NCBI GenBank assembly: GCA_043718025.1
Contig: JAYSWN010000188.1
Location: forward strand, 28,766 to 92,765
Reading direction: 5' to 3'
Origin: Pseudomonadota bacterium
GTDB taxonomy: Bacteria > Bdellovibrionota > FAC87 > UBA2466
Length of the DNA: 64,000 bases
This document shows, piece by piece, positions 10,580 to 19,736 of this stretch. Position 1 is the first letter of the stretch; each line of letters starts with the position of its first letter. The notes beneath the pieces were generated by a model. The model was not told the DNA's origin. It worked only from the letters and a program-made list of their open reading frames with translations, and ran no database searches. The translations under genes were made by a program, and so were the position numbers.

Positions 10580-10697
10580 AATGCCGACCGTTTCGACCAC
10601 GGAGGGCCGAGTAAACTTCTAACCCAAAAAAAGACCAACGCGCTGCATTCAGTTTTACTTCAGAAGATTCCGAAAAGATCGTGAGGAGTCTTCTAAA

Positions 10698-11456
10698 TTG
10701 TTTAATCGCTTTTCCAATTTTGCCGCCGTATTGACCGCGCTGGTTTTTTGCGTGCCTACGCACGCTCGCCGCGTACAGCGTGAAGTGGTTAAAATTACTT
10801 CCGGTAAGCAATGGCGAGTGAATGACTCGGTCTGTTTTCATCGCTCGGACAAGATCATCGCGTGTGGAAAAGTGATTGGAAATAGTTCGTACTTAGTTTC
10901 GATTCGATCCCCGGCCCTAACCGAGAGAGTAAGCAGCGGCGAAACACTTTATGTTTTCGGCGCCGGCCCCGGCCGCCAGCCCAGCAGCTACGGCGACCGT
11001 TACGTAGTGAAACGAACCGTGCCGCTTTTCCACCGCTCGTTATCGTTCGGCGGCTACGGCGGCGATGGTTTTTTTCTTCCCGCCCTCCATTTCCAGCTAT
11101 CGTTAGGCCGCGGGTTGGCGATTGGCTTGATGCCGGCATTTTATCGTCCGGCTACGGATTCGAGCATTTTGGGGTCGTTTGCCACGTTAGAGTTCTATCT
11201 AAGCGGAAACACTTTTAGCGGCATCAACCTATCATTTGGTGCAGGAATTTATTCTTTTCAAGACTCTAATCTTCCCGCCAAATGGGTGCCGACGGCCCAA
11301 GCCACTTTGGGTTACCGCTTCTTGGCGCGCGGCGGGATTAATTTAGGCTTAGGCGTAGGCGGCCAATATGTCGACTCAGAGTCGAAGTTTCTGCGCGGTA
11401 CCCGCACGTCCATCTTCCAGCCGTTAGCCAAGGCCGACATTGGCTTCTCTTTTTAA
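10698..11456 (+). CDS. Hypothetical exported protein with probable C-terminal outer-membrane beta-barrel
   Basis: GAGGAG SD before TTG; signal peptide; alternating strands ending ADIGFSF (terminal Phe). Confidence 0.65.
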   Translation: MFNRFSNFAAVLTALVFCVPTHARRVQREVVKITSGKQWRVNDSVCFHRSDKIIACGKVIGNSSYLVSIRSPALTERVSSGETLYVFGAGPGRQPSSYGDRYVVKRTVPLFHRSLSFGGYGGDGFFLPALHFQLSLGRGLAIGLMPAFYRPATDSSILGSFATLEFYLSGNTFSGINLSFGAGIYSFQDSNLPAKWVPTAQATLGYRFLARGGINLGLGVGGQYVDSESKFLRGTRTSIFQPLAKADIGFSF

Positions 11457-11468
11457 AGCCGCCAAAGA

Positions 11469-12611
11469 TTAGATGTACTCGCCACGTTTGATCTTATCGA
11501 CGATGATTTTTTCTGGCATCTGCGGATCGCGTGGGTCCACCATAAAGTACGATTGCTGCTCACAACGCCGCTTATTTTTCAGCAACCATTCGAGAAGCTT
11601 TGAGACCCCCCGGTTCTTTTTATCGCGGAAGAAGGGATCATTTTTTAGAGCGTCGGCCGCCTTTTTTAAAGCGCGCCCTTCCGAAGGGTCAGATTCTTTA
11701 ACTGGATAATCACTCAGGTCGAATTTTTTTATGTCTTCGGGCAGTACGCCCAAAAACCGCACTTCGGGGGCACTAAAATCGGAATTACGAATTAAACTCG
11801 CGGCCGATCCCGCTTTTAACGTGCGGTAAATATTCTGCAGAGTGTAGGCGTCGAGGTCGCCAAAGAAGTAGATGGGCACCGACAGTTCGTCAGAAATCAG
11901 TTTGCACCAACCACGAACCGCATTGCTCGGAACGCCCTGCGCGCCCATCAATATACAGTTGTGCCGTTTGCAAAAACCGTTGGCCACGAGCGTATTCGCC
12001 GTACCTTCGGATTCAACCACCAAACAAAAATCGATTTTCTTTTTGGCCTTAAGCCGTAGGCTTTGCGGCCGGTTTTTAGGCTGAAAAGGGGTTGTTCCCA
12101 ATGAGCTTAAATCGACCACCGCTTTGGTACCGTCGAGCAGCGTTTCGGTAACCACCAGTTGATTAGAATAGGTTTGGCCGCCACGATCGTTGGCATAACA
12201 GTTTAACTCTTCGCGGTAGCATTCCAGCATTTCGCAGATGAAATCGATGATCGAATCACTTTCGGTCTGGTCGCCAAAATCGAGCGGGCCCAGGTCGGGA
12301 GAGTGTTTCACTTCACCTTTGCAGATGTAATAAATTTCACGCTTGGTATTCACCGCGCCGGTTTCTAAATTTCGGAGAAAAATCTCTAAAACAAAGATCG
12401 CCCGCGACATCTTTTGCACCGATGCCACATTGAGTTCCGTGCGAACTTTTTTGCCGGCAGGGGTTAAATAACCCACCTTCGGGTTGTATTCCGAATTATC
12501 TAAAGAACATTTCACCGCTTCTAAAACCGGCCGGCGCGCATGTTCTAAATCGGTGAGCAAACGCTCGCACAAGGTTTTAGAAAGTTTTGGGATATCGCTA
12601 ACTTTTTCCAT
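11469..12611 (-). CDS. top6A: DNA topoisomerase VI subunit A (Spo11-like)
   Basis: TKREIYY catalytic Tyr region; LVVESEG, GAQGVP and GDLDAY TOPRIM DxD; directly downstream of subunit B. Confidence 0.9.
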   Translation of the reverse strand: MEKVSDIPKLSKTLCERLLTDLEHARRPVLEAVKCSLDNSEYNPKVGYLTPAGKKVRTELNVASVQKMSRAIFVLEIFLRNLETGAVNTKREIYYICKGEVKHSPDLGPLDFGDQTESDSIIDFICEMLECYREELNCYANDRGGQTYSNQLVVTETLLDGTKAVVDLSSLGTTPFQPKNRPQSLRLKAKKKIDFCLVVESEGTANTLVANGFCKRHNCILMGAQGVPSNAVRGWCKLISDELSVPIYFFGDLDAYTLQNIYRTLKAGSAASLIRNSDFSAPEVRFLGVLPEDIKKFDLSDYPVKESDPSEGRALKKAADALKNDPFFRDKKNRGVSKLLEWLLKNKRRCEQQSYFMVDPRDPQMPEKIIVDKIKRGEYI

Positions 12612-12613
12612 GA

Positions 12614-14383
12614 TTACCGTTCCGCCGTTTTTTCTTTACCAGATGCGCGGCGCCCTTTTGATTTCTTGCCCGTCTTCTTGTTCGTTTCGCCTTCTGACTC
12701 GGAAGCATCATCGCCATCCACGATCGGTGCTTCTTCTTCGATGACCTGAAACTTGCCCTTTGATTTGGCAAGCTCCGCATCAGCCACAGCTTGATCCAGA
12801 TGCACTTTGGCCTGACTGATGTCGCGTCCTAAAAGTTTGATTAGACCGTCTGAAGCCTTCTTTTTGCGCGACGCCGGTGCTTTGGCGATACGGCACAAAC
12901 AGTCCACCAGAATGGGGCAAAACTGTTCAATGTGGCGCAGCTTTTCTTCCAGATCGGCTTCCCGATTTTCTTTTCTAATGTGCCGCGACAGGCGTTGTCC
13001 CGCTTGAATAAGGGCACGCCGAATCTCTTCAACCAGCTCATCGCTGGCGTCTACGGTCTCTTTCGAGGCATTTTTAAATTTAATAAACGGCGACACCAAA
13101 CTTACGGCGATGACGTAAGGGCCTGACGGCACGCTTTCGCGGCTCTGGGCCAAGCCGTAAGTGCGCCAATTCACCGTTTCAATCGCTTTCACCATGGCGC
13201 AGGCCGCTTTGTCGAACTGAAGGGGTACGCGGTTGGCAAAACGCATTACCTGCGCCTGTTGCTCTTCCCCATCCGCGCCTTTTCCAGAAACCTTCAAACG
13301 GGCAATCGCCACTTCGATCACCACCGGTTTAGAGTCACAAATGGTAGGCTTGCGGGTCACCACCGCAAAAAAATCGACTTCGCCCAAACGACGAACGCTT
13401 TGCGAAAAGGCCGTTTCCCCGATCGTAATTACCGATCGGGTGCTAGGGGCCATCAGCTCAGTCTTCTGCACGGCGGCAAAGACCTCTTTGAATTGAGCTT
13501 CATTCAGCTTGTCGATGGACTCATCGAGTAACTTTTTGTTCATCCCATTTTTGGTGAACTCTTGAACCACGTTGTCGCTAATGCGCGAAAAACCTTTTTT
13601 AAACCAGCTCTTCAGCGCCATTTTTCCAAACAGATGGGAGTGAGCAATAAATTCGCCAAGCTTCATCGTATGCGGGTGTGGCTCAACGGCGTCAGGGATC
13701 GCAGGCACAACTTCAGACACCCGCTTAATCGTCTGCCACTCTTGCTCCGGCAACCGGTACTTTAGGGTGAGGTGGGGATTTACCAGCGTGGTTCCCAATA
13801 AATAAGAAATCAATCCGCCTTCGCCCTGCAGCTGAATACGGCCGTCAATTTGAAACTCCACCGACACGCCCGAAGGGCGATCCCAGTCCACGTTCTTTTT
13901 ATCGCGGATAATTCCCTTATTGTGTTTGATATCAACTTCCACCGTCATCGAAACGGCCTGTTTCATCTTAGCCGTTTTGGTGATGACTTTAGCGCCGGTC
14001 GCGCTGGTGAGCTGGGCCCAAGTGGTGGCGGCAGAAATACCGATGCCCTGTTGACCACGCGAGCAGCGGCCCCGGCCAAATTTGGACGAAGCCAAATATT
14101 CGCCAAAAACCGACGGCACATCTTCAAGGGCCAGCCCCGGGCCGTTGTCTTCTACGAAAACGGACACTAGGTCCGTATTTTTCATCGTGCCCGCGCCCTT
14201 TTTCTTAATCTCAACGGTGAGCTCGGGCAGAATTCCCTCTTCCTCACAAGCATCGAGGGAGTTATCCACGGCTTCTTTCAAAGTGGTGAGCACCGCTTTG
14301 GTGGGCGAGGAGAAACCAACCTGTTGTAGGTTCTTAGAAAAATATTCAGCCGTACTGCTGGAGGTGATCTTTTGTTTGGCCAC
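12614..14383 (-). CDS. top6B: DNA topoisomerase VI subunit B
   Basis: AEYFSKNLQQVGF; GHKL motifs KEAVDNSLDA, EDNGPG, SSKF, SRGQQGIGIS; transducer RFANRVPL and FKNASKE; probable GTG start at 14383 after AGAAGG. Confidence 0.93.
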   Translation of the reverse strand: MAKQKITSSSTAEYFSKNLQQVGFSSPTKAVLTTLKEAVDNSLDACEEEGILPELTVEIKKKGAGTMKNTDLVSVFVEDNGPGLALEDVPSVFGEYLASSKFGRGRCSRGQQGIGISAATTWAQLTSATGAKVITKTAKMKQAVSMTVEVDIKHNKGIIRDKKNVDWDRPSGVSVEFQIDGRIQLQGEGGLISYLLGTTLVNPHLTLKYRLPEQEWQTIKRVSEVVPAIPDAVEPHPHTMKLGEFIAHSHLFGKMALKSWFKKGFSRISDNVVQEFTKNGMNKKLLDESIDKLNEAQFKEVFAAVQKTELMAPSTRSVITIGETAFSQSVRRLGEVDFFAVVTRKPTICDSKPVVIEVAIARLKVSGKGADGEEQQAQVMRFANRVPLQFDKAACAMVKAIETVNWRTYGLAQSRESVPSGPYVIAVSLVSPFIKFKNASKETVDASDELVEEIRRALIQAGQRLSRHIRKENREADLEEKLRHIEQFCPILVDCLCRIAKAPASRKKKASDGLIKLLGRDISQAKVHLDQAVADAELAKSKGKFQVIEEEAPIVDGDDASESEGETNKKTGKKSKGRRASGKEKTAER

Positions 14384-14526
14384 GTGCCTTCTCTTTGTTG
14401 TTAAACCAAGCCAATAAGACTCAAAAAAAGCCGGCGCCGTAGTTTTTGCGCGCCACTTCAGAACTAATGATACTCGAGAATAGGGTATCAAGGGGAAACG
14501 AGGCAAGCTCGCTCTCCCTCAAAAAT

Positions 14527-15810
14527 TTAACCGCGCTGAGTTAAAGGCACGAAAGAACGCTCTTTTTCGCCCACGTAGATCTGCCGAGGCCGACCAATCT
14601 TAGCGTTTGGGGCGTCGAACATCTCTTTCCACTGCCCGATCCAACCCGGTAAACGACCGATGGCAAACAGCACGGTGAACATATTTGTCGGAATTCCCAT
14701 CGCCCGATAAATGATGCCGCTATAGAAGTCGACGTTCGGATAGAGCTTGCGCGAAACGAAGTAGTCGTCTGACAACGCCGCCTCCTCAAGCTTCTTCGCG
14801 ATTTCCAACAGCGGATCGTGCACGCCCATTTTGTTCAAAATTTCATCACAGGCCTTCTTGATAATGGTCGCGCGGGGGTCAAAGTTTTTGTAGACGCGAT
14901 GGCCAAAACCCATCAAGCGAACCCCGCTTTCGCGCTTTTTCACCCTATCCACGAAACGAACTACGTCGCCCCCACCCTCATTTTTAATAAATTTGAGCAT
15001 CTCAACCACTTCTTGATTGGCGCCGCCGTGCAGCGGACCCCACAAAGCTGAAATTCCGGCAGATACCGAGGCGTAAACGTTGGCGCGGCTGCTCCCGACC
15101 AACCGGACGGTGGAAGTACTGCAGTTCTGTTCGTGATCGGCGTGCAAGATCAACAACAGGTCAAGCGCCTTTGCTACCGTGGTATCAACGCGATAATCCT
15201 CAGCCGGAACGCCAAACATCATCTTCATGAAGTTGGCCGAATAATCGAGCGCATTGGTTGGATAAACAAACGGCTGGCCGATCGATTTTTTATACGAGAA
15301 CGCCGCAATCGTGGGCAACTTGGCCAGGAGGCGGAACATCGACAGGGTACGCCCGTCCTCCGTATCCCCTTCATTCTGATAAAAAGTAGATAGCGTGTTT
15401 ACCGCTGACGAGAGAGTGGCCATGGGATGGGCATCGCGGGGGAAACCATCGTAAAATCGTTTCATGTCCTCGTGGATCATGGTGTGGCGGGTAAGTTGAT
15501 TGGTAAACGCGCTCAATTCATTTACCGTGGGTAACTTTCCGTAAATGAGCAGATAGCTAACTTCGGTAAACGATGCCTTTTCGGCGAGTTGTTCAATCGG
15601 ATAACCGCGGTAACGAAGAATGCCCTTTTCCCCATCGAGAAAGGTGATGGCACTCGAGCAGGCGCCGGTGTTCATGTAACCGTTGTCTAATGTGACGTAT
15701 CCGGTCTGGGCGCGGAGAGTGGTGATGTCTACTGCTTTTTCGCCTTCGGTTCCTTCCACAATCGGTAGTTCGTAAACCTTGTCACCAATGGTCAATTTAG
15801 CCGTAGTCAT
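14527..15810 (-). CDS. gltA: Citrate synthase (type II)
   Basis: GILRYRGYPI, LHADHEQNCST, GPLHGGAN, MGFGHRVYKNFDPRA, YPNVDFYSG. Confidence 0.97.
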   Translation of the reverse strand: MTTAKLTIGDKVYELPIVEGTEGEKAVDITTLRAQTGYVTLDNGYMNTGACSSAITFLDGEKGILRYRGYPIEQLAEKASFTEVSYLLIYGKLPTVNELSAFTNQLTRHTMIHEDMKRFYDGFPRDAHPMATLSSAVNTLSTFYQNEGDTEDGRTLSMFRLLAKLPTIAAFSYKKSIGQPFVYPTNALDYSANFMKMMFGVPAEDYRVDTTVAKALDLLLILHADHEQNCSTSTVRLVGSSRANVYASVSAGISALWGPLHGGANQEVVEMLKFIKNEGGGDVVRFVDRVKKRESGVRLMGFGHRVYKNFDPRATIIKKACDEILNKMGVHDPLLEIAKKLEEAALSDDYFVSRKLYPNVDFYSGIIYRAMGIPTNMFTVLFAIGRLPGWIGQWKEMFDAPNAKIGRPRQIYVGEKERSFVPLTQRG

Positions 15811-15871
15811 AGAATCTCCTGCCTCGCTTTTGCCTACCGCTTATCACAGAAAGATTCCCGTTGGCGACCGG

Positions 15872-16702
15872 TCAGCGTTTTTTAGCCGCTTTAGCCAAGC
15901 GGCTGGCGCGTTTGGTGGCCTGCACCACCGCCTTAATCAGGGTAACGCGAAGCTTACCCTCTTCCAACTCCATGAGCCCATCGATGGTGCAGCCGGCGGG
16001 AGTGGTGACTTCGTCTTTCAACGCCGCAGGATGGCGGCCTGTGTCGAGCAACATTTTTGCGGCGCCCAAAACAGTTTGCGCGGCAAGCTGGGTGGCCATG
16101 TCCCGGGGTAAGCCCACCTTGATTCCGCCGTCCATCAGAGATTCAAGCACCACGTAAATGTAGGCCGGGCCACAGCCACTTAGGCCGGTAACCGCGTTCA
16201 TGTGCCTTTCTTCAACTTGGATGATTTTCCCCAAAGGCTTAAAAAGCATTTCGGTGCGTTGCCAATCACGCTCTGACGCGTGGGCCCCCAAACAGGCCGC
16301 GGTAATTCCAGCCCTTACGAAGGCCGGGGTGTTGGGCATAGCCCGAACGACTGCAGCATTTTTTCCTAACGCCTCCTCCAGGCTTGCGGTGTCGATACTG
16401 GCGGCAATGGAAATAAGTGTTTTATCCTTCGCAAAGTGCCGGCCAATCTTTTTCAACACCTCGGCCGCCCCTTGGGGCTTAACCGCCAGAACAATAATAT
16501 CGCACTGCTTTACCAGCGCCTCATTGTTAGCCACGGGAGTGATTTCAAGCTCACGGGCCGCCGCCTCTCGGCTTTCGGGATGCGCGGTCGTAAAAAAAAT
16601 GTCGTGACGGCTAACCGTCTCCGATTCAATTAACCCCTGGACCATGCACCGGCCCATGCGCCCTAACCCTAGAATTCCAATTTTTTGTTTTTGAGCAGCC
16701 AT
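15872..16702 (-). CDS. proC: Pyrroline-5-carboxylate reductase
   Basis: GLGRMG, LAVKPQ, RAMPNTP, SGCGPAY, VTTPAGCT. Confidence 0.96.
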   Translation of the reverse strand: MAAQKQKIGILGLGRMGRCMVQGLIESETVSRHDIFFTTAHPESREAAARELEITPVANNEALVKQCDIIVLAVKPQGAAEVLKKIGRHFAKDKTLISIAASIDTASLEEALGKNAAVVRAMPNTPAFVRAGITAACLGAHASERDWQRTEMLFKPLGKIIQVEERHMNAVTGLSGCGPAYIYVVLESLMDGGIKVGLPRDMATQLAAQTVLGAAKMLLDTGRHPAALKDEVTTPAGCTIDGLMELEEGKLRVTLIKAVVQATKRASRLAKAAKKR

Positions 16703-16781
16703 AAGTTTTTAAGAAGCTCCATTTTAGCATGAACTTGATAAAAACCGGCGGTTGCGGCATACCATCCCTTCCACTTCAAGG

Positions 16782-16858
16782 GGGCGGATAGCTCAGTTGG
16801 TTAGAGCACCTCGTTTACACCGAGGGGGTCCACGGTTCGAGCCCGTGCCCGCCCACCA
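16782..16858 (+). tRNA. tRNA-Val(TAC)
   Basis: GGGCGGA TA GCTCAGTTGGTTAGAGC A CCTCG TT-TAC-AC CGAGG GGGTC CACGG TTCGAGC CCGTG CCCGCCC ACCA; encoded CCA. Confidence 0.96.
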
Positions 16859-16908
16859 CTTTCACTCCCCTAGTCACCAACCGACAAGAGCCCAAGAGCC
16901 AGCCTTTT

Positions 16909-17928
16909 TTAGTCCAAGTGGCCCAACGGTTTTTGGTTCTTTTCAATAGGAAGCAAGAACGACAAACCGTTTAGGATGGTTTCGGCACCCTCCACCTCTT
17001 TTTTCTCCCCCCCGGCGAGTTCGATCCACATGTCTTTGTCATTGGCGGCGCGAACTAAGTAGACCAACCGGTGTCCGTGAAGGTCATCAGTCGTACAGCG
17101 GAGCGAAAAGCGTTTTTTAAATCTATCGGTCGAGAGGCACTCTCGTGTTCTCTTCATATTCGTCCAAACCTCTGCGTTGTGAGGAAAAAGAGTAAATATG
17201 ACCGTCACCCGCGACCTCTCACCGTCAAGTGACCCGGCAATATAAGCCGCGAGCACTTCAGAAGTTAGCTCCGGGAAGGTTCCTAATCGAACCTCTTTAT
17301 TCACCGAAAAACGACCCGCATCGAAATTTACCGTAGCCACTTCACCTAACTTCACAAAATTTTCAACCCGATTTCTGGCCTCGGGCACCGACTTCAAGGT
17401 TTGCGCACCAACTCCGCCGCCCTGAAAAGACTCTGAAATTGGCGCAAACATCGCCTTGGTGGCAGCCGTCGCCAACACTTCGGCGCGCACTAATGATCTT
17501 TTTGTGGTTACGAAAAAGTAAGTCGCCGAATAAACGCCGTCGCCCTCGGATACCGATTTCACGCCAATGCTTCCGTTGATCGTCACTTTCTCAAAGCGTC
17601 GTCCCGGCGCCTCAATGCGTGAGAAGATCATGAGGTCGTCGGCAGTTCCCGCCTGGGTTCCAGGCGTGATTATGAATTTTACCGATGACACAGGTTCATT
17701 CGTGCCGGCCCGGCGTAGAACCGCAGCCGTGGCGCCAGGTTTTTCGTTTGAAATCGTTACCTGCGTTTTGTCGGGGCTTTCTTTTACCGTCAACGACTCA
17801 TGATACTGAACTTCAAACCCAAAGTCGGATTGGTACTTCTTTAGCCCATTGCCGACGTGAACGCCGCAGCCGCCTAAAGCGACGATTGCGAAACCAATTA
17901 ACCATCTATTTTTTTTCACTTGCTTCAT
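16909..17928 (-). CDS. Hypothetical lipoprotein
   Basis: Lipobox ALGG-C followed by GVHVGNG; ATGA overlap with the upstream gene. Confidence 0.75.
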   Translation of the reverse strand: MKQVKKNRWLIGFAIVALGGCGVHVGNGLKKYQSDFGFEVQYHESLTVKESPDKTQVTISNEKPGATAAVLRRAGTNEPVSSVKFIITPGTQAGTADDLMIFSRIEAPGRRFEKVTINGSIGVKSVSEGDGVYSATYFFVTTKRSLVRAEVLATAATKAMFAPISESFQGGGVGAQTLKSVPEARNRVENFVKLGEVATVNFDAGRFSVNKEVRLGTFPELTSEVLAAYIAGSLDGERSRVTVIFTLFPHNAEVWTNMKRTRECLSTDRFKKRFSLRCTTDDLHGHRLVYLVRAANDKDMWIELAGGEKKEVEGAETILNGLSFLLPIEKNQKPLGHLD

Positions 17929-18800
17929 GCGTCTGTTCCTTTTACGACCGGAAACGTTAAGGGGAAAAATTGAATGTTGAGTTGGTACACTTCGTTGGCT
18001 TCGCTCTGGTGTTTGTCGAGCAAAGCATCGATGTTTTCGCGAAACTGCCGAATCAGTTGTTTCACCTCATCTAACTTGTTCAGCGGCAGACCAACCGTAA
18101 GACCGGTGATTTCGCGAATTTCTTGCGGTAACTCTAAGGCCCGAGCCGAAAGTTCAATCATGCGCCGGTGATACTGACGCACCGAAAGGTGGCGCACCTC
18201 GTCGCCGGTTTTTAATACCGTGCCCGAGGTCTGTACCAACGTGCCGTTCTCATCCTTTAAGAGTTCGAGATCCAGCATATTGCCGATCGCGTCTTCAATA
18301 TTCTTAGCCGAAATGTAACGCCCCAGCCGCTGCGAAAGCCAACTAGGGTCGCGGCGAAAATGGGGCAAACCAACCAGCACGTAAATCACGCTGTAGTACC
18401 AGCGCGCGATAAACTCGTACTGCTTCACCTCGAGGTGTTTTGCTTGTGCCAAATGCTTGATGTAAAAAAGTTCTTCTTTCAAAGCCATTCGCCCTTCCGA
18501 GTCTTTAGCCCGGGTGAGTGCCGACAATGCTTTTAGATACCTCTTACGGTTCCCCACCAGCTTGAGGTAACGCATCAGCTTATCTTCGACCTCTTCGCTG
18601 ATCGACCGTTTTCCGCGCATCACCAGGCTGAGCGTGGCCGGTGATTTCAACCCCGACCACTGAGTGAAGGAGCGTAGGCTCTTGCCCGAACGCGCCTTTT
18701 CATCGATGACGGCGCGAAGATACTCGGCCGCCGAACCAAAATTCAGCACATCGATTTCGGCTCGCACTGCCGCAACGGGGTTTGTACTTGAGGAGATCAT
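17925..18800 (-). CDS. TIGR02147/DUF4423-like protein with N-terminal HTH
   Basis: SLRSFTQWSGLKSPATLSLVMRGKR HTH-like segment; WYYSVI, YH..MIELS..AL, REITGLT, VYQLNIQFFPLT; start uncertain (18800 or 18854). Confidence 0.85.
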   Translation of the reverse strand: MISSSTNPVAAVRAEIDVLNFGSAAEYLRAVIDEKARSGKSLRSFTQWSGLKSPATLSLVMRGKRSISEEVEDKLMRYLKLVGNRKRYLKALSALTRAKDSEGRMALKEELFYIKHLAQAKHLEVKQYEFIARWYYSVIYVLVGLPHFRRDPSWLSQRLGRYISAKNIEDAIGNMLDLELLKDENGTLVQTSGTVLKTGDEVRHLSVRQYHRRMIELSARALELPQEIREITGLTVGLPLNKLDEVKQLIRQFRENIDALLDKHQSEANEVYQLNIQFFPLTFPVVKGTDA

Positions 18801-18958
18801 ATAAATGAGTGCCAGGCTTATACTCCATAACACCCACTTAACGCAATGCAGCATTGTTTATACTTGTGCCTGCCCTTACCGCTTAAGTTTCAAATAACTT
18901 ATTTATTTTCAATTAGTTAAACTAAAAAAGTGTTTCGGCTGCTCTCTTTGCACGGTCT

Positions 18959-19606
18959 TTAGCGAAACGCTTGGGTGATGGCTTCCGTGGCCGGTATCAC
19001 GATGCCCGCAGGTAACCTTAACGAGCCGTCTTCAACGTAGAACTGATTGTTGGCGTAATCATTCACCCACAGGGCCTTCAGATTTTTCGCCTTTAGGGTG
19101 GTCACCAGCTTGGCCGTATCGGCGAGCAGAAGATCTAAGATCGCGATCTGAGACGGCGAAAAGGAAACTGTCCGCTGGCTCAACCTGACTTCGAGATCAA
19201 TCTCGCTGGCCGTAAGCGCCTTTCGCAAGGCTTGCCCGCGCTCCACTATCGCCTTCAAAGTGTTGATCGGCTCAGGGAGTGATTCAGATCCGCTAATTTT
19301 ATCGCCCACTACATTTCCGCTAGAAAACTGGGTGCCGTTAAAGCTGTAATCGGCCCGCTTTACATCGCCCAGATAGTTGCGCACAAACGCGGCGTTGGTG
19401 CCGTAACCCTCTTTTTGTAACGTATAGAGCCCTTTATCGGGGGTTACGACAAAGTAAGGCACTTGGGCGGCCTTCATGAGTTCGCTGGTGGACTGGTAAA
19501 CGCCCACCGCCGCCTCCAGTTTTTCAGCTGGTTTTAGTTTCCCGCAGCCCACCATGGCAAAAAGGGAAACGATTCCGATCACTAGGTAATTGATATTTGT
19601 TTTCAT
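18959..19606 (-). CDS. Hypothetical lipoprotein
   Basis: Lipobox AMVG-C; GGAG SD upstream. Confidence 0.72.
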   Translation of the reverse strand: MKTNINYLVIGIVSLFAMVGCGKLKPAEKLEAAVGVYQSTSELMKAAQVPYFVVTPDKGLYTLQKEGYGTNAAFVRNYLGDVKRADYSFNGTQFSSGNVVGDKISGSESLPEPINTLKAIVERGQALRKALTASEIDLEVRLSQRTVSFSPSQIAILDLLLADTAKLVTTLKAKNLKALWVNDYANNQFYVEDGSLRLPAGIVIPATEAITQAFR

Positions 19607-19736
19607 AAGTTCTCCGTGTTGGAGGTCTTATAGAAAATGTTGAAAGGCACCACGATGAAGAAAGTTGAAATGAGCACGTTAGTGTTTAGCCGGCGAAACA
19701 CTTAAGCCTTGGGCGATTTTACCAGGCAAGTAGCGA

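Noticed and set aside
11469..12611. Wadjet JetD or other defence nuclease
   Set aside because: It is paired with a full Top6B and has no jetABC/SMC genes nearby.
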